Of a stretch of 64,000 nucleotides of DNA, positions 36,847-46,360 are shown piece after piece (the first letter of the stretch is position 1; each line of letters starts with the position of its first letter). This stretch comes from an uncultured Gemmatimonadales bacterium (lineage in GTDB: Bacteria; Gemmatimonadota; Gemmatimonadetes; Gemmatimonadales; GWC2-71-9), in the NCBI GenBank assembly GCA_963748815.1, contig CAVVKJ010000010.1, forward strand, positions 192,001-256,000, read 5' to 3'. The translations under genes and the position numbers were made by a program. Under the pieces are notes generated by a model, which was given only the letters and a program-made list of their open reading frames with translations, had not been told where the DNA came from and searched no databases.

Positions 36847-37625
36847 CGACCCTGGAACTCCGCCGGCCGCTTCCCCAGAAACGCCGCGACGCCTTCCGCC
36901 TTGTCCTCGCTCGAGAACGCCAGCCCGAAGAGCGTCGTCTCCTGCCGCAGTCCCTCGTCGAGCGGCATCCGCAGCGAGGCGCGCACCGCCTCCTTGATCA
37001 GCTGCAGCGCCACCGGGCTCTTCTGCGCGATGCTCTCGGCCATCGCCATGGCCCGGGTGCGCAGCTCGGCGGCGGGGACGACTTCGTCCACCAGCCCGAT
37101 CCGGAGTGCCTCGGCGGCGTCGATGAGGTCGCCGGTGAAGAGCAGCTTGTACGCCGCTCCGGTGCCGACCAGGCGCGGGAGTCGCTGGGTGCCGCCGCCG
37201 CCGGGGATGATGCCAAGGTTCACTTCCGGTTGCCCCAGCCTGGCGGTGTCCGACGCGATCCGGATGTCGCAGGCCATCGCGAGTTCACAGCCCCCGCCGA
37301 GGGTGAAGCCGTTGAGCGCCGCGATGACCGGCTTCGGGAAGCTGTCCACCGCGTCAAAGATGGTGCGTCCCGACATTACCCGGAACTGGTCAATCGGGCT
37401 CCGGCCCTCGAATTCCGAGATATCCGCACCGGCCACGAACGCCTTGTCGCCGGCGCCGGTGATCACCACCGCCCGCACGCTGGCGTCGGTGCGGAGCTCG
37501 TCGAGCAGGCCGAGGAGCTGGCAGCGGGTGGCGCCGTCGAGCGCGTTGCGCTTCTCGGGGCGGTTGATGATCAGGAGGGCGACGCGCCCGTGCGTCTCCC
37601 TGAGGACGTTCTGTGGTTCGCTCAT
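36843..37625 (-). CDS. Enoyl-CoA hydratase (PaaF/crotonase-like)
   Basis: INRPEKRNAL, AFVAGADI, GGGCELAMACD, GQPEVNLGIIPGGGGTQRL. Confidence 0.92.
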   Translation of the reverse strand: MSEPQNVLRETHGRVALLIINRPEKRNALDGATRCQLLGLLDELRTDASVRAVVITGAGDKAFVAGADISEFEGRSPIDQFRVMSGRTIFDAVDSFPKPVIAALNGFTLGGGCELAMACDIRIASDTARLGQPEVNLGIIPGGGGTQRLPRLVGTGAAYKLLFTGDLIDAAEALRIGLVDEVVPAAELRTRAMAMAESIAQKSPVALQLIKEAVRASLRMPLDEGLRQETTLFGLAFSSEDKAEGVAAFLGKRPAEFQGR

Positions 37626-38488
37626 GATTGGGACCAGTCGTAGAAGCCGTGGCCGCTCTTCTTCCCGAGCTTTCCCTCGGCGACGAGGCGGCGGAGGATG
37701 GCCGGGGGCGCGAAGCGGTCCGTGCCCAAAGCCTGGTGAAGGTACTCGGCAATGCGGAGCCGGATGTCGAGGCCGACGAGGTCCGTCAGCTTGAGCGGGC
37801 CCATGGGGTGGTTGTATCCCAGCTCCATGGCGCGGTCGATGTCCGCGGCGCTCGCGACCCCCTCCTCGAGCATCCGCATCGCCTCGAGGCCGAGGGCGAT
37901 GCCCAGCCGGCTCGAGGCGAAGCCGGGCGTGTCGCGCACGACGATCGGTTCCTTCCCCATCGCCCGGACCACCGCGAGGGCGTCGGCCTGTGCCGCGTCG
38001 TCCGAGTCGGCGTGGACGACGATCTCGACCAGCTTCATCAGGTGCACGGGATTGAAGAAATGCATCCCGATGAGCCGCTCGGGTCGGGGCAGGTCGGCGG
38101 CGATGGCGCCGATCGACAGCGAGGAGGTGTTGGTGGCGAGAAGCGCCGAGGGTTCGGCCCAGTCGCTGGCCTGGCTCATCACGTCGCGCTTCACGTTCAG
38201 GTCTTCGAGGACGGCTTCGATCACCAGGTCGGCACCCTGGCAGGTGGCGCGCATGTCCGGCGCCGTCCGCAGGCGTCCGAGGATGGCGTCGCGGCCCGCG
38301 GCGTCGAGCTTGCCGCGCTGCACCGCGCCGTCCAGCGTCCTGGCGATCCGGTCGAGCGCCCCCTTGAGGGCGTCCGGGCGGGCGTCGGTCAGGGTAGTGG
38401 GCCACCCTGCCGTGGCGGCCGCCTGGGCAATGCCGGCGCCCATGGTGCCGGCGCCGATCACGGCGACTCGGGTCGGAAAGGCGCTCAT
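37622..38488 (-). CDS. 3-hydroxyacyl-CoA dehydrogenase (PaaH/Hbd-like)
   Basis: VIGAGTMGAGIA, ATNTSSL, GMHFFNP, HPMGPL, GKKSGHGFY. Confidence 0.93.
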   Translation of the reverse strand: MSAFPTRVAVIGAGTMGAGIAQAAATAGWPTTLTDARPDALKGALDRIARTLDGAVQRGKLDAAGRDAILGRLRTAPDMRATCQGADLVIEAVLEDLNVKRDVMSQASDWAEPSALLATNTSSLSIGAIAADLPRPERLIGMHFFNPVHLMKLVEIVVHADSDDAAQADALAVVRAMGKEPIVVRDTPGFASSRLGIALGLEAMRMLEEGVASAADIDRAMELGYNHPMGPLKLTDLVGLDIRLRIAEYLHQALGTDRFAPPAILRRLVAEGKLGKKSGHGFYDWSQS

Positions 38489-39159
38489 GCCGCCACCGCC
38501 AGCCGGTCGGGGAAGTTGCCGCAGAGGCCGTCCACGCCCATGAGACCGAGGCGTGCCGCGGCCACGCGGTCATTAACGGTCCAGGCGATCAGGCGCGCGC
38601 CGGCAGCGTGCACGGCCTCCACGAGTTCCTGGTCGATCATCGTCCATTCCTGCCAGAGCGTCGTAGCCCGCGCGAGGCGAAGGACGCCCGCCGGGTCCAT
38701 CACCCGCGCCGCCAGCAGCGCCCCAAGCGGGAGGCTCGGGCGCCGTCGCGCCAACCGTGCGGTGATGCGGTGGTCGAAGCTGTGGACGGCATAGCGGGCG
38801 GGGAAGGGACCGGCGTCGAGAACGGCGAGGAGCGCCGCGTCGTGCCGAGGCGGCAGCGCCTTGACCTCGACCCAGACGTCCCGGTCGCCGATCAGCTCCA
38901 GCGCGGTCGCGAGCGACGGCACCGGTTCGCCGTTGGAAAGGAGCGCCGCCGAGGCTTCGGCCATGGTCAGCGTCTCCAGGGGACGGCCCCCAGTGAGGAC
39001 GGGATCGTGGTGCACCACGATCCCGCCGTCCGCGGTGGCGTGGACGTCAAGCTCGACGCCGTCCACGCCGCGGGCGACCGCCTCACGGAAGGCGGCCGGT
39101 GAGTTCTCAAACGCGTAGCCGGAGGCGCCCCGATGGGCGATCACCAGCGGCCGCGTCAG
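38485..39159 (-). CDS. Glycerophosphodiester phosphodiesterase family protein
   Basis: IAHRGAS..ENS, VELDV, VVHHD, WTVND; start is either CTG 39159 or GTG 39144. Confidence 0.85.
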   Translation of the reverse strand: MTRPLVIAHRGASGYAFENSPAAFREAVARGVDGVELDVHATADGGIVVHHDPVLTGGRPLETLTMAEASAALLSNGEPVPSLATALELIGDRDVWVEVKALPPRHDAALLAVLDAGPFPARYAVHSFDHRITARLARRRPSLPLGALLAARVMDPAGVLRLARATTLWQEWTMIDQELVEAVHAAGARLIAWTVNDRVAAARLGLMGVDGLCGNFPDRLAVAA

Positions 39160-40286
39160 TTGTTCTCCTCCAGCTTCCGCGCCTCGATCCAGTCCGGCTC
39201 GTCGAGCAGGTCCTTGAGGAGGGTTCGGTCGGCGTCGTTCGGCAAGACCGACTCGAGATACGCCGGGTAATGCTCGGCGGACAGGGGCTCGCCGGTGATC
39301 GTGAAGTGCTGGCGCGCGTACAATCCGATCTTGCGGTTGAACTTCACGTCGGGGACGACCAGGTACTGGTCCTGGTCGGGGATGGCCGTGTTGAGTCGGT
39401 CCACGAGCCGCGTGATTTCCTGCCGGTAGAGTTCGCGGCTGGCTTCGTTGAGGTGCGCCACGTTCGCGCCCTCGGGCGCTTCGCGCTCGTCGAACCGGCC
39501 CTTCAGTCCCCAGACATACGCCCAGTGGGCGCTGGAGGAATTGTCGGTGCCGAAGAGGTCGAACGCGGTGGGCACCCACTTGTTGAAGTAGCGCTGCATC
39601 ACCTCGGGCGGCACGCGGCCGGCCCGGAGGATCCGGCGCAGGCCGTTGTTGCCGGTGCCGAGGTGGAAGCTTTCCTCCTTGAGCATCGGGCCCATCGAAC
39701 GGGCCAGCGGGTGGAACGAGGAGGTGGAGAGCATCTGCAGCTGGAACTTGCCGTCGCGGTCGATGAACTGGGTGTAGGTGAAGAAGTCGAGCCAGTTCTC
39801 CACGATCTCGTTGAACGACCCGAGGAGGCGCTCCCCTTCCTCCGCCCGGCGGTCGAGCAGCTTCTGCGCCTCGCGCTTCCCTTCGTCGCCGAAATGGGTG
39901 CACAGGAGGTAGGACATCTGCCACCCGTGCCGCATCTCCTCGCTCATGACGCGCATCAGGGAGAAGAGGTCGTAGTCGCTCGGGGCCCGCTCCAGCAATT
40001 GCCGCTGCTGCTCCACCGACGCGAATTCGGTGTCGCCCTGGAAGACGATCAGGTTGAGCAGCGCGTCCCGGATCCGCTGGTCGGGAATGTGCATGATCGT
40101 CGGCCACTTGGTCTGGCCCTTGTAGTGACCGAACTCGATCGTCTCGGCTTCCGGCTCGCCGAACTTCGCGTCGAACCCGACCTTCCGGAATGGCGTGCCG
40201 GCCATCTCCTTTTCGGAGATGCCGATCGAATCCTGCCAGTAGCGGAAGTAGTCGATCCAATCGTCGAAGTTGTTCACTTTCCGCAT
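39156..40286 (-). CDS. BoxB-like ferritin-fold di-iron aromatic-CoA epoxidase (short form)
   Basis: QGDTEFASVEQQ, EEMRH, FIDRDGKFQL, EESFH (two ExxH motifs), WGLKGR. Confidence 0.85.
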   Translation of the reverse strand: MRKVNNFDDWIDYFRYWQDSIGISEKEMAGTPFRKVGFDAKFGEPEAETIEFGHYKGQTKWPTIMHIPDQRIRDALLNLIVFQGDTEFASVEQQRQLLERAPSDYDLFSLMRVMSEEMRHGWQMSYLLCTHFGDEGKREAQKLLDRRAEEGERLLGSFNEIVENWLDFFTYTQFIDRDGKFQLQMLSTSSFHPLARSMGPMLKEESFHLGTGNNGLRRILRAGRVPPEVMQRYFNKWVPTAFDLFGTDNSSSAHWAYVWGLKGRFDEREAPEGANVAHLNEASRELYRQEITRLVDRLNTAIPDQDQYLVVPDVKFNRKIGLYARQHFTITGEPLSAEHYPAYLESVLPNDADRTLLKDLLDEPDWIEARKLEENN

Positions 40287-40293
40287 GTCGTCC

Positions 40294-41098
40294 TCACCGT
40301 CCGTGAAATTTGGGAACCCGCCTGGCGTGGTACGCCTCCAGCCCTTCGGCGGCGTCCGTGCTTGAAAAACATTCCTGGCAATGGCGGGCCTCGATGACCA
40401 GCGACTCCGCCAGCGTCGTCGATTCCGCCTCGCGCACCGCCCGCTTGGCCAGCCGCGCGGCGATCGGCGGCAGCGCCGCGAGGCGCGCGGCCCAGAGGGC
40501 CGTCTCGTGCGCGATCAGGTCGTCGGCCACCACCCGGTTGACCAGCCCGATCTCGAGGCAGCGGTCGGCGGGCAGCATCTTCGGCGTCCAGAGCAGTTCG
40601 AGCGCCGCGGCGCTTCCGACCAGGCGAGGCACGAACCAGCTGGTGCCGAAATCGGGATGCAGGCCCAGCCGGTGAAAGACCAGCCCGAGCGACGCGCTCG
40701 CTGCCGCGATCCGGAGGTCACAGGCCAGCGCCAGCCCGACCCCACCACCGGCCGCGGGACCGTTCAGGCTCGCGAGAACCGGCTTGGGGGCCCGATGAAG
40801 CAGCTGCACCACCTCGGAGCCGGTCCGGACCAGGGCCATCGCCTCGGCCTCGTCGATCGATCCCCCCGTCCCGGCGAGGGTATCGAGGTCGGCGCCCGCA
40901 CAAAACCCCCGCCCGCTCCCGGTCAGGACAATCGCGCGCACCCGGCTGTCGGCCGACATCGACCGGACCGCCTCGCCCAGGCTCGGCGAGCATCCCCACG
41001 TCGAACGCGTTGAGCCGCTCCGGGCGGTTGAGCGTGATGGTGCCCACCCCCTCGGCGATCTCCGCCAATACCGCGTCCTTGAGACCCACATCCTGCAT
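40294..41098 (-). CDS. Enoyl-CoA hydratase/isomerase, PaaG-like (frameshift near 40990)
   Basis: TITLNRPERLNAF, FCAGADL, GPAAGGGVGLALACD, GLHPDFG (Asp-type isomerase motif). Confidence 0.85.
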
Positions 41099-41118
41099 AG
41101 GAATCCTCGCCTCAGTCC

Positions 41119-42312
41119 TCAGTCCTCGATCCTCTCAAACACCGTCGCGATCCCTTGCCCCACACCGATGCACATCGTCGCCAGTCCGTATCGGCCGCCG
41201 GTGCGCCTGAGCGCGTGAATGAGCGTCGCCGCCATCCGGGCGCCGCTGGCGCCGAGGGGATGCCCCAGAGCGATCGCACCGCCCGATACGTTGACGCGCC
41301 TGCCGTCGAGGCCGAGTTCGCGGATGCAGGGAACTGCCTGCGCCGCGAACGCCTCGTTGAGTTCGATGAGGTCGAGATCCTTCACCGTCATGTTGAGCCG
41401 GGCCAGGAGCTTCTGCGTCGCCGGGATCGGGCCGAGGCCCATGCAGCTCGGATCCACCCCGGCCACCGCCGTGCCGACGATCCGGGCGATCGGCGTCAGG
41501 CCGTGCGCCTCGACGGCGGCAGCGCTGGCAATGCCGAGGGCGGCCGAGCCGTCGTTGATGCCGCTGGAGTTGCCGGCGGTGGCCGTGCCGCCCTTGGCGA
41601 AGGCCGGCTTGAGCCTGGCCAGTCCGGCTTCGGTCACGTCGGGACGAGGGTGCTCGTCCGCGGTGACGGGATCCTTGGTGCCGGGGCCGGTGACCGCCAC
41701 GAGTTCGTCGTTGAAGTGACCAGCGTCCATGGCCACCTTGGCGCGGCGCTGGCTCTCGGCCGCGAACGCATCCTGCTCCTCGCGGGTGACGCCGTGCAGC
41801 TGCGCAACCTTCTCCGCGGTCTGGCCCAGCGAGATGGTCCACTCCTCCGGCATCGCTGGATTGATGAACCGCCATCCGACGGTGGAGTCCGAGACCTGGG
41901 GAGTGCTCCGGTCCCACGCGCTGCCGCTCTTCAGCGTGATGTAGGGCGCGCGCGTCATGCTTTCGACGCCGCCGGCGACGAACAGGTGTCCCTCGCCCGC
42001 CTTGATGGCATGGGCGGCGCTGGCAATGGCCTGCAGGCCGGAGCCGCAGAGGCGGTTGACCGTCTGCCCCGGCACCTCGATCGGGAGGCCCGCCAGCAGC
42101 AGGGCCATCCGGGCCACGTTGCGATTGTCCTCGCCAGCCTGGTTGGCGCAGCCGAGGATGACATCGTCGATCTTGTCGGCGGGAAGGCCGCCGCGTTCGA
42201 CCGCCGCGCGGATGGCGATGGCGGCCAGGTCGTCGGGTCGGACGCCTGCCAGCGCCCCACCGGCCCGGCCGATGGGGGTCCGCACCGCCGAGACGACGAA
42301 CGCCTCGGTCAC
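41119..42312 (-). CDS. 3-oxoadipyl-CoA thiolase-like (PcaF/PaaJ family)
   Basis: [56 protein letters not shown] overlap. Confidence 0.92.
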   Translation of the reverse strand: MTEAFVVSAVRTPIGRAGGALAGVRPDDLAAIAIRAAVERGGLPADKIDDVILGCANQAGEDNRNVARMALLLAGLPIEVPGQTVNRLCGSGLQAIASAAHAIKAGEGHLFVAGGVESMTRAPYITLKSGSAWDRSTPQVSDSTVGWRFINPAMPEEWTISLGQTAEKVAQLHGVTREEQDAFAAESQRRAKVAMDAGHFNDELVAVTGPGTKDPVTADEHPRPDVTEAGLARLKPAFAKGGTATAGNSSGINDGSAALGIASAAAVEAHGLTPIARIVGTAVAGVDPSCMGLGPIPATQKLLARLNMTVKDLDLIELNEAFAAQAVPCIRELGLDGRRVNVSGGAIALGHPLGASGARMAATLIHALRRTGGRYGLATMCIGVGQGIATVFERIED

Positions 42313-43742
42313 AGCGCGATCCAGACCGTCTTCGACTCGGTGTACCCCTCGAGGGCGGTGCGTCCGAGATCCCGGCCGAATCCCGACTGCTTGTAGCCGC
42401 CGAACGGCGCCGCCGGGTCGTACATGTTGTAGGTGTTGACCCAGACGGTGCCGGCGCGGATGGCGTGTGCCACCCGGTGGGCGCGGCCGATGTCGCGGCT
42501 CCAGACGCCGGCCGCCAGCCCGTACATCGACTGGTTGGCGAGGGCGACGGCCTCGTCCTCGTCGTCGAAGCCGAGCACGGCGAGCACGGGGCCGAAGATT
42601 TCCTCGCGCGCGATGGTCATCTCGGGCGTGACGCCGTCGAAGACCGTCGCCTCGACGAAGTAGCCCTTGCCGTTGACCGTGGCGGCGTTGCCGCCGGCGA
42701 CGACCGTGGCGCCCTCTGACTTTCCGATGCCGATGTACTTGAGCACGCTCTCCTGCTGCTGCTTCGAGACGATCGCGCCGAGGCGGGTCGATTTCTCGAA
42801 GGGGTCGCCGGGCACCAGCTTCTTGCTCCGTTCCGCGAGCTGCTCGACCACCTGGTCCTTGACCTTGCGGTGGACCAGCAGACGGCTGCCGGCGGCGCAG
42901 ACTTCGCCCTTGCCGTAGAAGATGCCGGTCTGCGCGCCGCGCACGGCGGCCGCGAGGTCGGCGTCGTCGAAGATGATGTTCGGGCTCTTGCCGCCGAGCT
43001 CGAGGGTCAGCCGCTTCACGGTGTCGGCGGCGTCCTTCATGATCCGCTGGCCGACGGCGGTGGAACCGGTGAAGGAGATCTTGTCCACGCCGGGGTGCCG
43101 CACCAGCGCGGAGCCGGCGGTGGAGCCGTGCCCCGGCACCACGTTGAACGCGCCGGCGGGGAGCCCGGCCTCGGCAAAGATGTCCGCCATCAGCAGCGCC
43201 GTCAGCGGCGTTTCGGAGGCGGGCTTGAGGACGACGGTGCATCCTGCCGCCAGCGCCGGCGCAAACTTCCACCCGGCCAGGTTGAGCGGGAAGTTCCACG
43301 GCACGATGGCGCCGACCACGCCGATCGGCTCATGCCGGATGTAGGTCAGGAAGTTGCCGTCGACCGGGACTGTTTCGCCGCCGAACTTGTCGCACCAGCC
43401 GGCGTAGTAGCGCAGGGTCTCGACGGTGGACGAGACGTCGATCTTCGATTCGAAGAGCGGCTTCCCGTTCTGGCGCGTTTCCAGTTCCGCCATTTCGGGC
43501 AGGCGGGCCGCGAGGAGCTCCGCCGCCTTGTAGAGCATGGCGCCCCGCTTCCGGGCCGACAACCCGCGCCACTCCGCCGACTCGAAACAGGCGCGGGCGG
43601 CCGCCACCGCCCGGTCGACGTCGGCGGCATCGCCTTCCGCCACCGAGGCCAGCACTTCCTCGGTGGCGGGATTGATCACGTCGAACCGCCGGCCGTTCGC
43701 GGCCGGGGCCCAGGCGTTGTCGATGAAGAGGTCGGTCCGCAC
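42309..43742 (-). CDS. Aldehyde dehydrogenase
   Basis: [40 protein letters not shown]. Confidence 0.95.
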   Translation of the reverse strand: MRTDLFIDNAWAPAANGRRFDVINPATEEVLASVAEGDAADVDRAVAAARACFESAEWRGLSARKRGAMLYKAAELLAARLPEMAELETRQNGKPLFESKIDVSSTVETLRYYAGWCDKFGGETVPVDGNFLTYIRHEPIGVVGAIVPWNFPLNLAGWKFAPALAAGCTVVLKPASETPLTALLMADIFAEAGLPAGAFNVVPGHGSTAGSALVRHPGVDKISFTGSTAVGQRIMKDAADTVKRLTLELGGKSPNIIFDDADLAAAVRGAQTGIFYGKGEVCAAGSRLLVHRKVKDQVVEQLAERSKKLVPGDPFEKSTRLGAIVSKQQQESVLKYIGIGKSEGATVVAGGNAATVNGKGYFVEATVFDGVTPEMTIAREEIFGPVLAVLGFDDEDEAVALANQSMYGLAAGVWSRDIGRAHRVAHAIRAGTVWVNTYNMYDPAAPFGGYKQSGFGRDLGRTALEGYTESKTVWIAL

Positions 43743-43745
43743 GGA

Positions 43746-44579
43746 CTACTTGGCCTCGAAGTTGGGCATCCGCTTCTCGACGTACGCGGCCAGCCCCTCC
43801 TTGGCGTCGGACGACTGGAACAGCTGCTGCTGCAGCTCCCGCTCGAGGGTGAGCGCGCTCTCGAAGGGGAGGTCCATGCCGGACTGGACGCTCCGCTTGA
43901 TGGCGCCGACCGCCTTCGAGGCCTTGTTGGGCGGGCAGAACTGCTTGGCGTACATCAGCACCTGGTCCCAGTAGCCGTCCTTCTCGAAGACGTGGTTGAC
44001 CAGCCCCATCTCCTCGGCCTTCTCGAAGGAGAAGGTCTCGCCGGTCACCATGAACTCGATCGACTTGGACTTGCCGATGAGCCGGCAGAGGCGCTGGGTC
44101 CCGCCGGTGCCGGGGAGGACGCCGAGGTTGACCTCCGGGAGCCCGATCTTGCCGGCGTTCCGGCAGGCGATCCGGATGTCGCAGGCCATCGCGATTTCGA
44201 GCCCGCCGCCGACGGTGTGGCCGTTGAGCGCCGCGATGGTCAGCTTGGGGGTCTGCTCGAGGCGGCTCAGCGTCTCGTTGGCATGGAGGCAGAAGAAGTA
44301 CTTGAAACGCGGGGTGACGTTGTTCAGCATCGAGATGTTGGCGCCCGCCGAGAAGAACTTCTCGCCGTGGCCGCGGATCACGATGACGTGCGCCTCGTCG
44401 GCCATGCGGGCGTCGAGGATGGCGGCGTCCATCTGCCGGAACATCTCGTAGGTGTAAGTGTTGGCCGGGGGGTCGTTGAGCGTGATGATGGCGAGCCCGT
44501 CGCGGACCTCGTAGTTGACGAGGACCTTGTCGGTGTGCGCCGGGGCGCCGGGACGTGGGGAGGTCAGGGTAGCGGTCAA
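43746..44579 (-). CDS. Crotonase-family protein resembling the BoxC N-terminal domain
   Basis: GANISML...FKYFFCLHANETL, GGGLEIAMACD, LPEVNLGVLPGTGG; GGAGG 8 nt before TTG 44579. Confidence 0.8.
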   Translation of the reverse strand: MTATLTSPRPGAPAHTDKVLVNYEVRDGLAIITLNDPPANTYTYEMFRQMDAAILDARMADEAHVIVIRGHGEKFFSAGANISMLNNVTPRFKYFFCLHANETLSRLEQTPKLTIAALNGHTVGGGLEIAMACDIRIACRNAGKIGLPEVNLGVLPGTGGTQRLCRLIGKSKSIEFMVTGETFSFEKAEEMGLVNHVFEKDGYWDQVLMYAKQFCPPNKASKAVGAIKRSVQSGMDLPFESALTLERELQQQLFQSSDAKEGLAAYVEKRMPNFEAK

Positions 44580-44583
44580 GGGG

Positions 44584-45189
44584 TCATCCTCCGAGCGTGG
44601 CGACCAGTCGTGGGGTCGCATGGTGAGCAGCGATGAAGCCATCCAGGAAGAGCGAGGCCAGTTCCTCGGCCAGTGTGGCCGGCGAAGTCGGGCCCGCCGG
44701 GTGATACCAGGTGTAGATCCAGTTCATCATGCCGAAGAGCGCGTAGGCCGCGATGTGCGGGTCGGCGTGCGCGCCGGGCACGTCACCCAGGAGCGCTTCG
44801 AGCAGGCCGACATATTCCTTCTTGCGCCGGCGGATCTGCGCCCGCATGGTGCCGGTGAGCTCGGCTTCCTCGTGGGCCAGGACCTTCATCTCGTCCATGT
44901 GCGCGGCGAAGAAGGTCACGTGGTGCTGAATGAAGGCGCGGAGCCGCGATTCCGGGTCGCTGTCGTCGGCGAGCGCCTCGTGGGCTCCTTCGAGCACCAG
45001 CGCGAAGCACCGGTCCTGGATCTGGAAGAGCAACTCCTCCTTGCTCTCCATATAATGGTACATCCCGGCGAGGCTGAACCCGCTGGCCCGGGCCAGGTCG
45101 CGCATGGACGTAGCGTGGTAACCCCGCTCCGCAAAAGTCCTTGCGGCGGCGGCGAGGAGGGTCTCCAGGCGCTGGTCATATGGCTGCAT
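44584..45189 (-). CDS. TetR/AcrR regulator (PaaR/KstR2-like)
   Basis: FAERGYHATSMRDLA..SGFSLAGMYHY..SKEELL HTH; FGMMNWIYTWY. Confidence 0.92.
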   Translation of the reverse strand: MQPYDQRLETLLAAAARTFAERGYHATSMRDLARASGFSLAGMYHYMESKEELLFQIQDRCFALVLEGAHEALADDSDPESRLRAFIQHHVTFFAAHMDEMKVLAHEEAELTGTMRAQIRRRKKEYVGLLEALLGDVPGAHADPHIAAYALFGMMNWIYTWYHPAGPTSPATLAEELASLFLDGFIAAHHATPRLVATLGG

Positions 45190-45197
45190 GTACCGTC

Positions 45198-45211
45198 CGA
45201 ACGATCGTTCG
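45198..45211. promoter_or_regulatory. TetR operator palindrome
   Basis: Perfect 14-bp palindrome CGAACGATCGTTCG lying between the predicted -10 and the tetR ATG. Confidence 0.75.
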
Positions 45212-45215
45212 AAGG

Positions 45216-45244
45216 AAGTTATCCGACTTATTGGGTCGGGTCAA
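45216..45244 (-). promoter_or_regulatory. Sigma70 promoter of the tetR/box-like operon
   Basis: On the minus strand TTGACC-N17-TAACTT. Confidence 0.7.
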
Positions 45245-45284
45245 CGCTTAACACCGGGTGAATCGCGGCGTCCATGCCCACTGA

Positions 45285-45833
45285 ATGCCATCCTTGACCG
45301 GGCTCGACGGGCCAACGGACGCCGCCCTCGCGGCGGCGTGGCGGGCGGGAAGCGAGCAGGCGGCCACCGACCTGGTCCGGCGGCACGCGTCCGCCCTTGC
45401 CCGGTTCCTCGGCGGGGCCGGAGCCGGGCCCAGCGAGGTGGAAGACCTGACCCAGGAAGCGTTCTTCAAGGCCTTCCGGGGGATCGAGGGGTGGCGAGGG
45501 GAGTCCTCGTTTCGGAGCTGGCTGTTCAGCATCGGGTCGAACCTGCTCAAGGACGCCTATCGGAAGCGGAAGGGCAGGGTGGTCTTGTCCATCGAGGACC
45601 ACGATATGCCGGTGCATCGCGATCCGGGTGACGAGATGGTGGCCGAGGAAACGGCGGCGCGGATCCAGGGGGGACTGACGGGCCTGCCCCGCCTCCAGCG
45701 GGAGGTCTTCCTCCTTCGGGTTCAGCAGGACATGGACTACAGGGAGATTGCCGAGTCACTCGGCACGACGGCCGGGGCGGCACGGGTGCACTATCATCAT
45801 GCGGTCAAGCGGTTGAAGGAGCTGGTACCATGA
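45285..45833 (+). CDS. ECF RNA polymerase sigma factor
   Basis: EDLTQEAFFKAF, SFRSWLFSI, LPRLQREVFLL...YREIAESL. Confidence 0.92.
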   Translation: MPSLTGLDGPTDAALAAAWRAGSEQAATDLVRRHASALARFLGGAGAGPSEVEDLTQEAFFKAFRGIEGWRGESSFRSWLFSIGSNLLKDAYRKRKGRVVLSIEDHDMPVHRDPGDEMVAEETAARIQGGLTGLPRLQREVFLLRVQQDMDYREIAESLGTTAGAARVHYHHAVKRLKELVP

Positions 45834-46360
45834 CCTGTCAGGAACTGTCGGACAAAATGCCGGGCGTGGCCAGGGGGGAGACCTCCTGGACCGACGCGGA
45901 GGCCCTGCACCTCGGCTCCTGCGCCGACTGCCGCGCGGAATGGGCGGTCGTCTCGGCGGCGGCGACGCTGGCCGACGAGGTGGCGGTCGACGCCGATGCA
46001 CTGGCGGAGCGAGTCCTCCTGCGGCTGCGCACCGAACCGGTTGTGAAGCGATTCCCCCGCCCACGCTGGATCGCGGGAATCGCGGCAGTCGCGGCCGCAG
46101 TCCTGCTGATCTCGAAAGCGGTCACCACCGCACCGCTGCCCCGCAGCCCCGCGGCCCCGCTGTCAGGCCCTGCTGCCCCGCCGACGACCCTCGGGGCCGT
46201 CGATATCCCCGGCCTCCACGCCCTCGGCGAGGCGGGGCTCGCCGAAGTGCTCGAATCGATGGCCCCGGAATGGACAGATACACCGACGATCGACACACCG
46301 AGCCTCGACGACCTGGATCCCCGGGAACTCGAGCAGGTCCAGCGCCTCTGGGAGAGCTGA
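45830..46360 (+). CDS. Zinc-binding anti-sigma factor (HxxxCxxC) with TM helix
   Basis: MTCQE...HLGSCADC, one TM; ATGA overlap with the sigma gene. Confidence 0.8.
   Translation: MTCQELSDKMPGVARGETSWTDAEALHLGSCADCRAEWAVVSAAATLADEVAVDADALAERVLLRLRTEPVVKRFPRPRWIAGIAAVAAAVLLISKAVTTAPLPRSPAAPLSGPAAPPTTLGAVDIPGLHALGEAGLAEVLESMAPEWTDTPTIDTPSLDDLDPRELEQVQRLWES

Noticed and set aside
38485..43299. Long ORFs 38485..40260 and 41119..43299 that suggest fusions
   Set aside because: Their N-terminal parts are alternative frames of upstream genes; the real starts are at stop-overlapping codons
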